From: Ignavibacteriales bacterium
Lineage (GTDB): Bacteria; Bacteroidota; Ignavibacteria; UBA10030; BY39
Direction of reading: 5' to 3'
Assembly: GCA_037443545.1 (NCBI GenBank)
Contig: JBBIOD010000007.1
Location: 5,623-62,828 of the forward strand
Length of the DNA: 57,206 nt
This document shows positions 40,770-51,144 of the stretch, in pieces. A program made the position numbers and the translations under genes. The notes beneath the pieces were generated by a model, which was not told where the DNA came from, did no database searches, and saw nothing but the letters and a program-made list of their open reading frames with translations. How positions within the stretch are numbered: position 1 is the stretch's first letter; the number at the start of each line of letters is the position of its first letter.

Positions 40770-42199
40770 TACTTAAGATAAATTAAACTCAACGAAGAAA
40801 AATAAATAAGCAGGCCTAAAGCATCGTTCGTGGTTGTGATGAACGGACCTGTTGAAACAGCGGGGTCAATTTTTATTTTATCTAAAATGAAAGGCATAAC
40901 CGCACCGACGACAGTGGCATTAACAACAACGATTAACAGAGCAATACCTATAGCGAAGCCGAACCAAAAATCGCCAAACCATAGAGTAGAAACGAGAGTG
41001 AGTAAGGAGCTTAGAATAAATCCGTTTGATAGAGAAACACCCAATTCTTTAATAAGGCGTTGTTTAATTTGAGCGAACCAAATTTCGCCGGTTGCTAATC
41101 CCCGCACAACGATCGCCGAAGATTGAATTCCTGCATTGCCGCCCATCGCCATTATAATAGGGATAAAGAAAGCAGCCATCACAATTTTTTCGAGGGATGT
41201 CTGGAACTCGCTTAAAACTACAGCCGAGAGCATTTCTCCGACAAAACCAAGCATAAGCCAGGGCAAACGTAATCGCATTACTTGAAAAACTGTTGCCGAT
41301 GCTACCTCAGTGCCAGTAATACCCGCCATTTTTTCAATGTCCTCAGCCGCTTCTTCCTGGATAACATCGACCACGTCGTCGATGGTTATAAATCCGAGGA
41401 GTCTCAATTTATCACCCACGACAGGGATCGAAATTAAATCGTACTTTTGCATCAGGTTCGCAACTTCCTCCTGGTCGGTCATTACATCTACACTTATTAC
41501 ATCGGCAGCCATTACCTTATTGATGCGCTGACGAGGCGAATTAGTAATCAAATCTTTCAGAGTAAGTTTTCCGCATAAAGTTTCGGAATCATCGACTGCA
41601 TAAATAATATTTATATCTTCAATTTCTTTTGCAATCTCCCTGATTTTTTTTATTGCCTGATGAACCGTGTCGTATTGATTAACGGTAACGACTTCCGTCG
41701 CCATAATACCGCCGGCGGTGTCTTCGGGATAACGAAGAAGCTCTTTAACTTCAGCCGATTCCTCGGCGGGCATCTCCTCTAAAACTCTCCCGGCAACAAA
41801 TTCAGAAAGTTCTGCCACTATATCAGCGGCATCATCCGAGTCTAACTGACCGACGAGCGCAGATATCCGTTCCTGAGACAGCAGTTCTAACATACCTTTT
41901 CGGATGCTACTTTCCAATTCCAACAAAACTTCACTCGCAGCAGAAATATCAAGCAAGTTGAAAACATACTCGCGGTCTTCAGTTTCTTTGAGATGATCGA
42001 TGATATCGGCAATGTCGGCAGGATGTAAATCGGTGAGGATATTCAGTAATGCCGGTGCAGCTTCATCGTGAACCAGTTCGGCAATGTCTGACATCAACTC
42101 TTCATCCACCTCGATGGTTTTCTTCCCCCTGTTGCGGGGAATAATTATAGCATCTTCGGTGATTATCGGTTGATTATTATGTTTTAACCTATCTGACAT
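40769..42199 (-). CDS. mgtE: Magnesium transporter MgtE
   Basis: An acidic N-domain, tandem CBS domains and a C-terminal TM domain with GNAGIQSS and the ITTTNDALGLLIYF pattern. Confidence 0.95.
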   Translation of the reverse strand: MSDRLKHNNQPIITEDAIIIPRNRGKKTIEVDEELMSDIAELVHDEAAPALLNILTDLHPADIADIIDHLKETEDREYVFNLLDISAASEVLLELESSIRKGMLELLSQERISALVGQLDSDDAADIVAELSEFVAGRVLEEMPAEESAEVKELLRYPEDTAGGIMATEVVTVNQYDTVHQAIKKIREIAKEIEDINIIYAVDDSETLCGKLTLKDLITNSPRQRINKVMAADVISVDVMTDQEEVANLMQKYDLISIPVVGDKLRLLGFITIDDVVDVIQEEAAEDIEKMAGITGTEVASATVFQVMRLRLPWLMLGFVGEMLSAVVLSEFQTSLEKIVMAAFFIPIIMAMGGNAGIQSSAIVVRGLATGEIWFAQIKQRLIKELGVSLSNGFILSSLLTLVSTLWFGDFWFGFAIGIALLIVVVNATVVGAVMPFILDKIKIDPAVSTGPFITTTNDALGLLIYFSSLSLIYLK

Positions 42200-43026
42200 T
42201 TAATTATTTCATCAATTTTATCTGTCAATATAACAAATTCATTTATAGAAAGTTCTTCGGGACGTTTGTCTAACGGAAAATTAATTTTCTGGATAATATT
42301 TTTTACAATCGTTTCATCGAAAGGTAAATATTTTAAACAATTTTTCAAAGTTTTTCTCCGTTTACCGAATGTTGTCCGCACTACTATGCTGAACAATTTC
42401 TCATCAGTATTCTCAAATGGCAATTGATGATGGAAATCGATCCTCACTACGGTTGAAGTTACTTTTGGTTTCGGGAAGAAACAATTTGGCGACACTTTAA
42501 AAAGACATTTCGTAATTCCATAGAATTGTGTAAGCACCGAAAGAATTCCATAAGCTTTTGAGTTAGGTTTAGCCGCGAGACGATCGGCAACCTCTTTCTG
42601 AATCATCATTGTTACATTTGCAATTATTTTATGATACTCGATGGCTTTAAACAAAATAGGCGAAGTTAAATGATACGGGATGTTTCCAACGAGCTTTAAT
42701 TTTTTAGTCCCCGTATTTAACGCACTAAGGTCAAATTCAAGAATATCTTGATTAATAATTTTTAATTTTTTTGAAGAGATATTCGACCTAAGTTCTTCGG
42801 CAGCCCGTTTGTCAATTTCAACGGCATATAATTTCTTTACATCTTTTACAATATATTTTGTGAGAGCACCTTGTCCTGGACCGATCTCGACTACCACATC
42901 ATCAGTTGCTAATTTTAAGCTTTCAACAATTTTGCGGGAAATATTTTCGTCGATTAAAAAATTTTGTCCGAGCGATTTCTTCGGCTGGATAACAATTTTA
43001 CTCGTATTAATAACAAGGTTAGGCAT
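42184..43026 (-). CDS. rsmA: 16S rRNA (adenine1518/1519-N6)-dimethyltransferase
   Basis: KSLGQNFLID, EIGPGQGALT and GNIPYHLTSPI motifs. Confidence 0.93.
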   Translation of the reverse strand: MPNLVINTSKIVIQPKKSLGQNFLIDENISRKIVESLKLATDDVVVEIGPGQGALTKYIVKDVKKLYAVEIDKRAAEELRSNISSKKLKIINQDILEFDLSALNTGTKKLKLVGNIPYHLTSPILFKAIEYHKIIANVTMMIQKEVADRLAAKPNSKAYGILSVLTQFYGITKCLFKVSPNCFFPKPKVTSTVVRIDFHHQLPFENTDEKLFSIVVRTTFGKRRKTLKNCLKYLPFDETIVKNIIQKINFPLDKRPEELSINEFVILTDKIDEIIKCQIG

Positions 43027-43030
43027 TCAA

Positions 43031-45574
43031 TCAGGGTTTCCTGAATAATTTTTTAATCGCATCTTCTCCTTTTTTCTTCAATTCTTCAATTCCCTTCTGT
43101 TTTAAAGTATCTTCCAACTTTTTAACTTCTTCGCCTATTTTGGTTTTTAACTCGTCTTTTCGTTTTTCAATTTCCTGACGTGCAGCATCTTCCAACTGTC
43201 GCTTCTGTTCCTTTGTATTTAAACTAACTACCGGATTCGTTAAGCTACCACCAACTAAAAGGGGGAGCAAAAACCTTCCATCTTTATCTTTGAATACATT
43301 AACTAATTGGTGAGCAGTTCCGCCAACTTTTAATTTTTCGGAAAGAGCTGCGGGCAGTTTCAATCCTACATCATAGGCCAGGCTTCCATCGAAAGCTTGA
43401 TAACCTTTCATATTGATGTCTGAATTCAATGCCGATATTTTTAAATCCGAAAGATTAATCCTGCCATTTAGAATATCGAAACTGTTCGACCAGTTTTTAA
43501 AATCAATCTGACGCAATTCATTGATGCTTGTAAACTCTGCAACTTTTTGCATAACCGGGTAGCCGGTCAGCTTGCCGTCGAAAATTTGTACCTTACCATT
43601 TCCCGAAAGAGTTTGAGGCATCAAGCCGAGAGTATCGTCGAGTTGCCCTTTCATCGTTGTATTCATCGTAAACTTGCCAAAGATATTTTTGCCGAATGAA
43701 GTAAATTTACTTAAAAGGGAATTTGCTTCAACTCCATCGATCTCAAAATTCATATCGAATGGTTTAACATCGGGCTTTCGCAAATCAATCGTTCCCCTTG
43801 TAATTATACTTCCGGCGAAAGCATTAAGCGACAAACCTTGCAAGTTTACAACTCCACCGGTAATGCTGAGCGAACCCTTAACATCGGTAAAATCAAATTT
43901 CTCCATCGCTAACCTCCCGATGTTCACACTGGCATTTATATCTATGTTCGGGAATAAAATCGGTTCAGCTTTTTTGCCAGCTTTCGGTTCAACCTCTTTT
44001 TTCTCAGTTCCCATAATATCGGCTGTGAAAAACTGTTTAGAGTTCAGTGTAATTAAGGCAGATGGCTTCCCCGCTTCGGCTTTTTCCATTATCATCGCTA
44101 AATAATTTTTTACAATGAAAGCAATTTTCACATCCGAGTTGCCAACCTCCATAGCCAATTGCTTCGATTCAATGTTCTGATCATTGATATCGATTGTGCC
44201 GTTCAAATTTTTAATAGGATTTGCGGAAGCAGCAGTTGCAATTGCCACATTTTGAAATTCCATCTTTCCTTCTGCTCTAATACTTGTGGGTAGTTTAGCT
44301 TTCCCTTTCAACGAAAGATTTGACCGGATAATACCGGCAAGCTCCGTCCCCTTTTCTAGTGGATAGAAATCTTTAATTTCAGATAAATTCACAACTCCGT
44401 TGATATTGCTGCTGATTACAGGATTATCAAAATCAACGATACTTAAATTGCCTCCCATTGTATTGGCTGCCAAATTCATAGAAAATTTTTGAATATCCAG
44501 TTTTCCGGTAGTTTGCAATCGCTCAAAATTTCCGGCAACATTTATATTCGTAATCGATTTAGGCAAGTGTACATATTTTACAGTTCCGTTTTCGAGTAAA
44601 AAATTCCCTGTAACCAGCGGCTGAATGGTATCGCTCATTTCTCCTTTTACTGTCATAGCAAAACTGAAAATACCTGTGCTCGATATTCCTTCTGCAGCTT
44701 TTAAAAACTCTTTCGGGATAATCGAAAGCAGTTGCTTCAATTCAGTATCCCTCGAAGAAATTTCAAAATCTACTAAGGGTGTCGTCTGTGTGTTTGCAAT
44801 CTTTCCTTTTCCAAAAAATTGCATCTCATTTATTCCAACATTCACAGAATCAAATCGTAATTCATCTTTGTCCGATAGATAAGTAAGCTGCTGGTAGCTT
44901 CGTATTGGAAGACTTTCGATTATGTTACTTTTTACACTGCCGAAACTAAATCGTCCGATATGTATTTCATTCATTACACCCACTTCCTCTCCGGTTAGCG
45001 ATTCGGCACGAGTTTTTTGGTTATAACCTGCTAAAGTAATACGATTGTCATCTTTTTTATTTATGAAATCAAGTTTGCCATCTATAATTTGGAAATTTGA
45101 TAATAGAACCGATGCACCGTGCAATCCTTTAACTTCGACATCGGTGCTTGTAAGAGTACCAGTTTCTTCATTCGATGAACCATAATTGGTAATTCCTGCT
45201 TCGTTCGTTTCTAAATAGAGTGTTGGACGTTTAATTATTACCTCGTTCACTTCTAAATGGTTTTTGAAGAGTGGGAAAATCTGAACATCGAGCAGGAGCT
45301 GTTCAAGTGAAACGAATTCATCTTTTTCGAATTTCAAATCCTTCGGATTCGAGATTTTCAAATTATTAATTTCAATCCCGAAGGTCGGAAACAAACTTAA
45401 CGAGATATCCGATATTTCGATGCTGCGTTGTGTGGCTTCTTCTATTTTTGGGATAACAAAGTTTTTTAATCTATCGCTGGAAAAATAAATCTTTAAAAAA
45501 ACTACTAATCCTACCATCAAACCGACCGGGATAAGTAACGCTATTATCCATATTTTTAATTTACTGCTTACCAT
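43031..45574 (-). CDS. AsmA-family outer-membrane biogenesis protein
   Basis: 847 aa with a single N-terminal TM anchor and a long beta-rich periplasmic region with repeated L.(I/L).G...(L/I) patterns. The tail is Lys/Glu-rich. Confidence 0.7.
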   Translation of the reverse strand: MVSSKLKIWIIALLIPVGLMVGLVVFLKIYFSSDRLKNFVIPKIEEATQRSIEISDISLSLFPTFGIEINNLKISNPKDLKFEKDEFVSLEQLLLDVQIFPLFKNHLEVNEVIIKRPTLYLETNEAGITNYGSSNEETGTLTSTDVEVKGLHGASVLLSNFQIIDGKLDFINKKDDNRITLAGYNQKTRAESLTGEEVGVMNEIHIGRFSFGSVKSNIIESLPIRSYQQLTYLSDKDELRFDSVNVGINEMQFFGKGKIANTQTTPLVDFEISSRDTELKQLLSIIPKEFLKAAEGISSTGIFSFAMTVKGEMSDTIQPLVTGNFLLENGTVKYVHLPKSITNINVAGNFERLQTTGKLDIQKFSMNLAANTMGGNLSIVDFDNPVISSNINGVVNLSEIKDFYPLEKGTELAGIIRSNLSLKGKAKLPTSIRAEGKMEFQNVAIATAASANPIKNLNGTIDINDQNIESKQLAMEVGNSDVKIAFIVKNYLAMIMEKAEAGKPSALITLNSKQFFTADIMGTEKKEVEPKAGKKAEPILFPNIDINASVNIGRLAMEKFDFTDVKGSLSITGGVVNLQGLSLNAFAGSIITRGTIDLRKPDVKPFDMNFEIDGVEANSLLSKFTSFGKNIFGKFTMNTTMKGQLDDTLGLMPQTLSGNGKVQIFDGKLTGYPVMQKVAEFTSINELRQIDFKNWSNSFDILNGRINLSDLKISALNSDINMKGYQAFDGSLAYDVGLKLPAALSEKLKVGGTAHQLVNVFKDKDGRFLLPLLVGGSLTNPVVSLNTKEQKRQLEDAARQEIEKRKDELKTKIGEEVKKLEDTLKQKGIEELKKKGEDAIKKLFRKP

Positions 45575-45724
45575 ATAAATACCTCATAAATAATCGATTG
45601 AAATTTTGTTCTCATGAAAATATAAAGAAATAGCGAGGAAATGTCAATCAATTTCACTATTTAGTTCATTGTTTTTGAGAATAAATAATTGTATCTTGCA
45701 CCGTAAAAACTTAAAGGAGTATGA

Positions 45725-46813
45725 ATGACAGACGAAAACAAAGAAATCGAAAAAACCGGCGACGCTGCAAATTCTGAGGAACAGAAACCACGACCGAAGT
45801 ATCGACCGCGGTACCAAAATTACCGCAGACCACGCTCGGACAACCAATCGGAGAGAAGGCAGCCTTCCCCCGAACAAAAACAAAATTATTCGATTTCGAT
45901 TGTAATACCTGCATACAATGAAAAAGACTCACTCCGTGAATTATATGAAAAAATAAGACAAACCGTTACGCAGCATAATTATAAGTACGAGATAATTATG
46001 ATTGACGATGGCAGCACAGACGATTCGGTAAGGGTGTTAAAAGATTTGCGACAACGCGATAATCGGATTAAAGTGATATCTTTCAGAAGAAATTATGGCA
46101 AATCAGCAGCCTTGTCGGTGGGTTTTGAACAAGCTAAGGGAGATATAATAATTTCGATGGATGCCGACCTTCAGGACGACCCGGCAGAAATTCCGAAATT
46201 AATAAGTGAAATTAATAGGGGAAAAGATATGGTTTCGGGTTGGAAAAAGAAGCGATTCGACCCGATTACGAAAACAATTCCATCCCGGTTTTTTAATTTT
46301 GTAACATCGATGCTAACAGGTATCCCGCTACACGATTTCAATTGCGGTTTGAAAGCTTACAAAAAAGAAGTGTTAAAAGAAATTAATGTATACGGCGAAT
46401 TACATCGCTTCATTCCAGTGCTTGCCCACTGGCAAGGTTATACCATCGGAGAAGTCGTAGTGCAGCACCATAAACGAAAATATGGAAAAACTAAATTTGG
46501 TGTCGGGCGTTTTTGGAGAGGATTTTTTGATCTCATTACAGTCCTTTTCACAACAAGGTATATGCAGAAGCCCTTGCACTTTTTTGGGTCTTGGGGTTTA
46601 GTATTCTTCCTTTCTGGATTCGTGATCGACATCTATCTCATTTATCAAAAGTTTGCCGAGGGTATGGCATTGAGCAATCGTCCTCTTTTTCTGGGTGGTA
46701 TTTTACTTATTATAGTCGGTATCCAATTCATTTCAATCGGCTTAATTGGAGAGATGATTACAAAATCCCGTGAATCTAAGAACGAATACTCAATCAAAGA
46801 TATCTTTAAATGA
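45725..46813 (+). CDS. Family-2 polyprenyl-phosphate glycosyltransferase (DPM1/GtrB/ArnC-like) with a 55-aa basic N-terminal extension
   Basis: AAGGAG lies 6 nt upstream. The catalytic region reads SIVIPAYNE...MIDDGSTDDS...NYGKSAAL...MDADLQDDP. Two C-terminal TM helices follow. Confidence 0.85.
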   Translation: MTDENKEIEKTGDAANSEEQKPRPKYRPRYQNYRRPRSDNQSERRQPSPEQKQNYSISIVIPAYNEKDSLRELYEKIRQTVTQHNYKYEIIMIDDGSTDDSVRVLKDLRQRDNRIKVISFRRNYGKSAALSVGFEQAKGDIIISMDADLQDDPAEIPKLISEINRGKDMVSGWKKKRFDPITKTIPSRFFNFVTSMLTGIPLHDFNCGLKAYKKEVLKEINVYGELHRFIPVLAHWQGYTIGEVVVQHHKRKYGKTKFGVGRFWRGFFDLITVLFTTRYMQKPLHFFGSWGLVFFLSGFVIDIYLIYQKFAEGMALSNRPLFLGGILLIIVGIQFISIGLIGEMITKSRESKNEYSIKDIFK

Positions 46814-47907
46814 TGACAAAGCAGATTATTCTTTGCAAAATAAAAACTGATTGCCGGCATTTTCGCGGCGACATCCCGTGCAAACCTCACAAAATATTTG
46901 GCGTCCATTGTTTCGATATCAAAGGCAAAGTTTGCCAACATTACGATAAGACGAACGAGAAAATTTTAATAATCAAACTCGGGGCAATCGGCGATGTTAT
47001 CCGGACAACTCCAATTCTTCACAAACTAAAAAAAGTAAAACCGAAAGCTGAAATCTGGTGGCTGACCTATTCGCCGGAAGTAGTTCCAAGTTCTGTCGAT
47101 GTGGTTCTACCGTTTACCATCCAAAGCATTACCACCCTGCAAGCTGTTCAGTTTGATATAATTTACAATTTTGATAAAGATAAAGAAGCTGCCGCTCTCT
47201 GTTCTCAGCTCTCTGCCCACAGTAAAAGAGGATTCATCCTTAAGAAGGGTAAATGCGCCCCAATTAACAAGAATTCTGAGCATAAATTTATTACGGGACT
47301 ATTCGATGATGTTAACAAAGCAAACACGAAAAATTATTTAGAAGAAATTTTTGAGATCGCAGGTTTCAAGTTTAAGGGAGAAGAATATATTTTGGTTGAT
47401 AGTTCGGATGAATTCAAATGGAATCTTCCGAAGAACAAAAAGATTATCGGTTTGAATACCGGCTGCGGCGGTCGCTGGACTTCCCGTTTATGGCCCGAAA
47501 AATATTGGATTGAACTTGCACAAAAACTTAAGAAAGCCCGGTATCTTCCGCTGTTACTTGGCGGCCAACAGGAACACAAGAAGAATTTAACAATCGCTCA
47601 GCAAAGTGGTGCAACTTATTTAGGGAACTTTCCTCTCAAACAATTTATTAGCGAAGTTAATCAATGCGATTTAGTTGTAACGGGTGTAACTATGGCTATG
47701 CACGTTACAATCGGACTGAAGAAAAAGATTGTTCTTTTTAACAACATCTTCAATAGAAACGAATTTGAACTTTACGGACTCGGGGAGGTATTAGAACCTG
47801 AGTATGAGTGCAACTGCTATTTTTCTCCTACTTGTAAAAATAACTGCATGCAATACTTAAAAGTCGGGACTGTTCTCGACACGATACAGAATTTGCTTCC
47901 GAACTAA
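46810..47907 (+). CDS. Glycosyltransferase family 9 (heptosyltransferase-like) with Cys-rich N- and C-terminal extensions
   Basis: ILIIKLGAIGDVIRTTP is the GT9 N-terminal signature and GVTMAMHV lies near the C-terminus. It has 5 Cys in the first 42 aa and CNCYFSPTCKNNC near the end. Confidence 0.75.
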   Translation: MMTKQIILCKIKTDCRHFRGDIPCKPHKIFGVHCFDIKGKVCQHYDKTNEKILIIKLGAIGDVIRTTPILHKLKKVKPKAEIWWLTYSPEVVPSSVDVVLPFTIQSITTLQAVQFDIIYNFDKDKEAAALCSQLSAHSKRGFILKKGKCAPINKNSEHKFITGLFDDVNKANTKNYLEEIFEIAGFKFKGEEYILVDSSDEFKWNLPKNKKIIGLNTGCGGRWTSRLWPEKYWIELAQKLKKARYLPLLLGGQQEHKKNLTIAQQSGATYLGNFPLKQFISEVNQCDLVVTGVTMAMHVTIGLKKKIVLFNNIFNRNEFELYGLGEVLEPEYECNCYFSPTCKNNCMQYLKVGTVLDTIQNLLPN

Positions 47908-47908
47908 T

Positions 47909-50215
47909 ATGGCAAGGGCAACAAAGCAAACCGGGAAAATAAGAGCTTCGTTTCCTCATATTAAGGACTGGCACGCGATAGTTGTAATAGTTGCATCAGC
48001 AGTAATTTTCTTCCGTGATATTTTACTTCAAAAAGCATTTATGTGGGAAGATTTTATTAATCAATTTTATCCTTTCCGAAATTTTGCCGCTGTTTCGCTT
48101 GCAAAAGGTGAACTTCCTCTCTGGAATCCTTACACATTCAATGGTATGCCTTTCCAAGCCGATATTCAGTCAGCTCTCTTTTATATACCAAATTTAATTC
48201 AGATGTTTTTCGTTAGCGGCGAGAGATTACATTTCTTCTGGGTCGAATCTTTTATAATCCTGCATTACATACTTGCAGGTGTGAGTATGTATTTTTTGAC
48301 GAAGCATTTCAAAGTCGACAAACTTCCTGCATTGTTCAGTGGACTGGTTTATATGCTATCGGGATTTATGATAACCCACGGTATTCATCAGATAATCATC
48401 AATCACGTTGCTTGGCTGCCGCTTGTTTTGCTTCTTTTCACTAAATCTATTGAACAAAAATCATTGTTTTACACTATCCTCGGCGGATTAACGCTTGGAC
48501 ATTCAGTTCTAGCTGGGTTTCCACAACTGAGCCTATACATCTTTTTATTGTTATTGTTTTACTTTGTTTTTTTATTCATCGTTAAACTTAAAGAGACAAA
48601 TTTTAACCAAGCATTCTCAATAATTCCTATAGCGGCGGGTTTTATTCTGATTGCAGTTTTATTAACTGCGATTCAAATTTTACCGACGCTTGAACTTGCG
48701 CCATTATCAAACCGCGCCGCAATTTCTTATGAAAAATCTTTGGAAGGAACTTTCCATCCGCAGCAAATTATCACACTGCTAATTCCAAAATTTTTCGGTG
48801 AACAAAGTGCCCAGGTAAGTAATTATTGGGGGCAAGGTCAATATTGGCACTACTGGGAAACAAATTTTTATATCGGTATAGCGGGTTTACTTTTTGCCCT
48901 GTTTGCATTTTCAATTATTCATAAAAATAAATTTGTGTTGTTCTTTTCAATTGTTTTTCTTTTTGCAATTTTATATGCATTAGGCGATTTCTTTATACTT
49001 CACAAATTTTTCTTTCATAACATACCCGGTTTTCATTTATTCAGAAATCCGGGCCGTATGTCCCTCTTGTTCACATTTTCTGGGGCAATTTTAAGCGGTT
49101 TCGGTTTGAACGAAATATTAAAATTCTCAAACCCAGCAGACAATCAGGCTAGTAAAAAACTTCTTGTCAAAATATCTTTAATTACAATTCTGATTGGCGC
49201 AGTCGTATGGGGGCTCGTTCAGCTTGGTGTATTCCAGCAGCATCAAAATGTTCAATTACTTCAAGAAATCCGAGATATCTCTAGCAATCAATCGAATATA
49301 ATGTTGGCGTTTGTTGCTGTAATCGCATTAGTGATTTTTATTTTCAATCGATATAAGATTTCGAGTTTCGTTTTCACCGTATTAATTTTATTGATTCAAT
49401 TTATAGATGTGCATAATTTTGGATTCAATTTTAACAACGGCAAAATAAGTCCAAATGAATACTACCGACGTACTGAACGCTTAACAAGTTTTTTAAAAAC
49501 TGAAGGTGAGAAGGAATATTTTAGAATTAATTCGCGACAAGGGGGAAATCTGATTTTAGATAGAAACCAGGGAATGGTTGATAGACTCTTTTTGATGGAG
49601 GGTTATACACCATTAGCTCTGCAACGAGCTTTTACTATCGGCTCAAGTTGGGACAAGATTTGTGATTTGCATAATGCAAAATATCGAATACAGATTGATG
49701 AAGAAAGACAATCGATGGGTCTTACCCAGTCAACAACTTACCTCCCGCGTGCATGGTTCGTTTATAATTACAAAGTAATTAGCGAGGATGAAAAGATAAA
49801 AGAATTTATGTCGCAGTCCGATTTCGACCCCTCACAAATCGTTGTATTAGAAGGAGAAATTAATTTACCTCAAACACAAAAAAGAAATATTGCTTGGAAT
49901 TCTTGGAAAGCGGATATATTTTCTTACAAATTAAACTCAATATCAATGGATGTATCAACTCCGGATGATGGTATATTAGTGCTGAGTGAAATTTTCTATC
50001 CCGGCTGGAAAGCGTACATCGACGGAGTTGAACAAAATATATTACGTGCAAACTGGAATCTACGTGCTTTAGAAGTAAGTAAAGGCGAACATAGAATTGA
50101 AATCTGCTTTGAACCGAAACCACTTTTCGATGGTGCAATAATTTCGTTCGCAACAATTGGCTTATGTGGAATTGGAATTGTATATTCTTTGAGAAAGAAA
50201 AACAAAAAAATATAA
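47909..50215 (+). CDS. YfhO-family polytopic membrane glycosyltransferase (GT-C-like)
   Basis: 768 aa. The N-terminus reads WEDFINQFYPFRNF...GELPLWNPYTFNGMPFQADIQSALFYIP. There are about 12 or more TM helices, a large C-terminal extracytoplasmic domain and a final TM helix. Confidence 0.75.
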   Translation: MARATKQTGKIRASFPHIKDWHAIVVIVASAVIFFRDILLQKAFMWEDFINQFYPFRNFAAVSLAKGELPLWNPYTFNGMPFQADIQSALFYIPNLIQMFFVSGERLHFFWVESFIILHYILAGVSMYFLTKHFKVDKLPALFSGLVYMLSGFMITHGIHQIIINHVAWLPLVLLLFTKSIEQKSLFYTILGGLTLGHSVLAGFPQLSLYIFLLLLFYFVFLFIVKLKETNFNQAFSIIPIAAGFILIAVLLTAIQILPTLELAPLSNRAAISYEKSLEGTFHPQQIITLLIPKFFGEQSAQVSNYWGQGQYWHYWETNFYIGIAGLLFALFAFSIIHKNKFVLFFSIVFLFAILYALGDFFILHKFFFHNIPGFHLFRNPGRMSLLFTFSGAILSGFGLNEILKFSNPADNQASKKLLVKISLITILIGAVVWGLVQLGVFQQHQNVQLLQEIRDISSNQSNIMLAFVAVIALVIFIFNRYKISSFVFTVLILLIQFIDVHNFGFNFNNGKISPNEYYRRTERLTSFLKTEGEKEYFRINSRQGGNLILDRNQGMVDRLFLMEGYTPLALQRAFTIGSSWDKICDLHNAKYRIQIDEERQSMGLTQSTTYLPRAWFVYNYKVISEDEKIKEFMSQSDFDPSQIVVLEGEINLPQTQKRNIAWNSWKADIFSYKLNSISMDVSTPDDGILVLSEIFYPGWKAYIDGVEQNILRANWNLRALEVSKGEHRIEICFEPKPLFDGAIISFATIGLCGIGIVYSLRKKNKKI

Positions 50216-50218
50216 ATT

Positions 50219-51136
50219 ATGTATTCGATAGTAATACCAATTTTCAATGAGCAAGAAACTATTCCCGAATTATACCGGCGATTAAAAACGGTAATCGATA
50301 ATTTGGACCAACCGACTGAAGTAATTATGATCGATGATGGAAGTCGTGATAACTCGTTTGAAATGCTTGAGAAAATAAATAAGGAAGATTCGAGAATTAA
50401 AATAATCCGTTTTTCAAGAAACTTTGGCCATCAGGTTGCCATTTCCGCAGGGATTGATAGTGCGAACGGTAATGCAATAATTTTAATGGATGGTGATTTG
50501 CAAGACCCACCCGAATTAATTCCTTCAATGGTAGCAAAATGGAAAGATGGATTTCAGGTGGTATATACAGTCAAACTTAGCCGTAAAGAAAACCCTTTAA
50601 AACGTTTTGCTTTTCATATGTTTTATCGACTTCTGCACGCTTTTGCTTCGATTTCAATTCCGATGGAAGCTGGAAATTTTTCTTTAATGGATAAAAAAGT
50701 AATAGATGTTTTACGAAGGATGCCCGAACGAAACCGCTACATCAGCGGTATGCGCGCTTGGTCTGGCTTCAAACAAACTGGAATACAATTCGACAGGGAT
50801 GCGAGGTTTGCCGGCAAACCTCAGATGAGTTTTAGAAGGTTAGTTAGCTTGGCACTCGACGGATTATTTTCTTTTTCAAACGCACCATTAAGGTTTGCTA
50901 TTTACATCGGATTTTTTTCAGCATTAATTTCGTTCTTCGTCGGTTTGTTTGTTATTTATGAAAAACTTTTTACTAACAAAGCAATACTCGGTTGGGCTTC
51001 GACGATTGTTTCCATTACTTTCATCGGTGGAATAATTTTATTGACACTCGGATTCATAGGTGAATACATCGGACGAATTTATGACGAAGTCAAGCAGCGC
51101 CCGTTGTACGTAATACAAGATAAAATAGGATTCTGA
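50219..51136 (+). CDS. Family-2 polyprenyl-phosphate glycosyltransferase (CsbB/GtrB/ArnC-like)
   Basis: YSIVIPIFNE...MIDDGSRDNS...NFGHQVA...MDGDLQDPPE, followed by two C-terminal TM helices. Confidence 0.88.
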   Translation: MYSIVIPIFNEQETIPELYRRLKTVIDNLDQPTEVIMIDDGSRDNSFEMLEKINKEDSRIKIIRFSRNFGHQVAISAGIDSANGNAIILMDGDLQDPPELIPSMVAKWKDGFQVVYTVKLSRKENPLKRFAFHMFYRLLHAFASISIPMEAGNFSLMDKKVIDVLRRMPERNRYISGMRAWSGFKQTGIQFDRDARFAGKPQMSFRRLVSLALDGLFSFSNAPLRFAIYIGFFSALISFFVGLFVIYEKLFTNKAILGWASTIVSITFIGGIILLTLGFIGEYIGRIYDEVKQRPLYVIQDKIGF

Positions 51137-51144
51137 GTTTTAGG

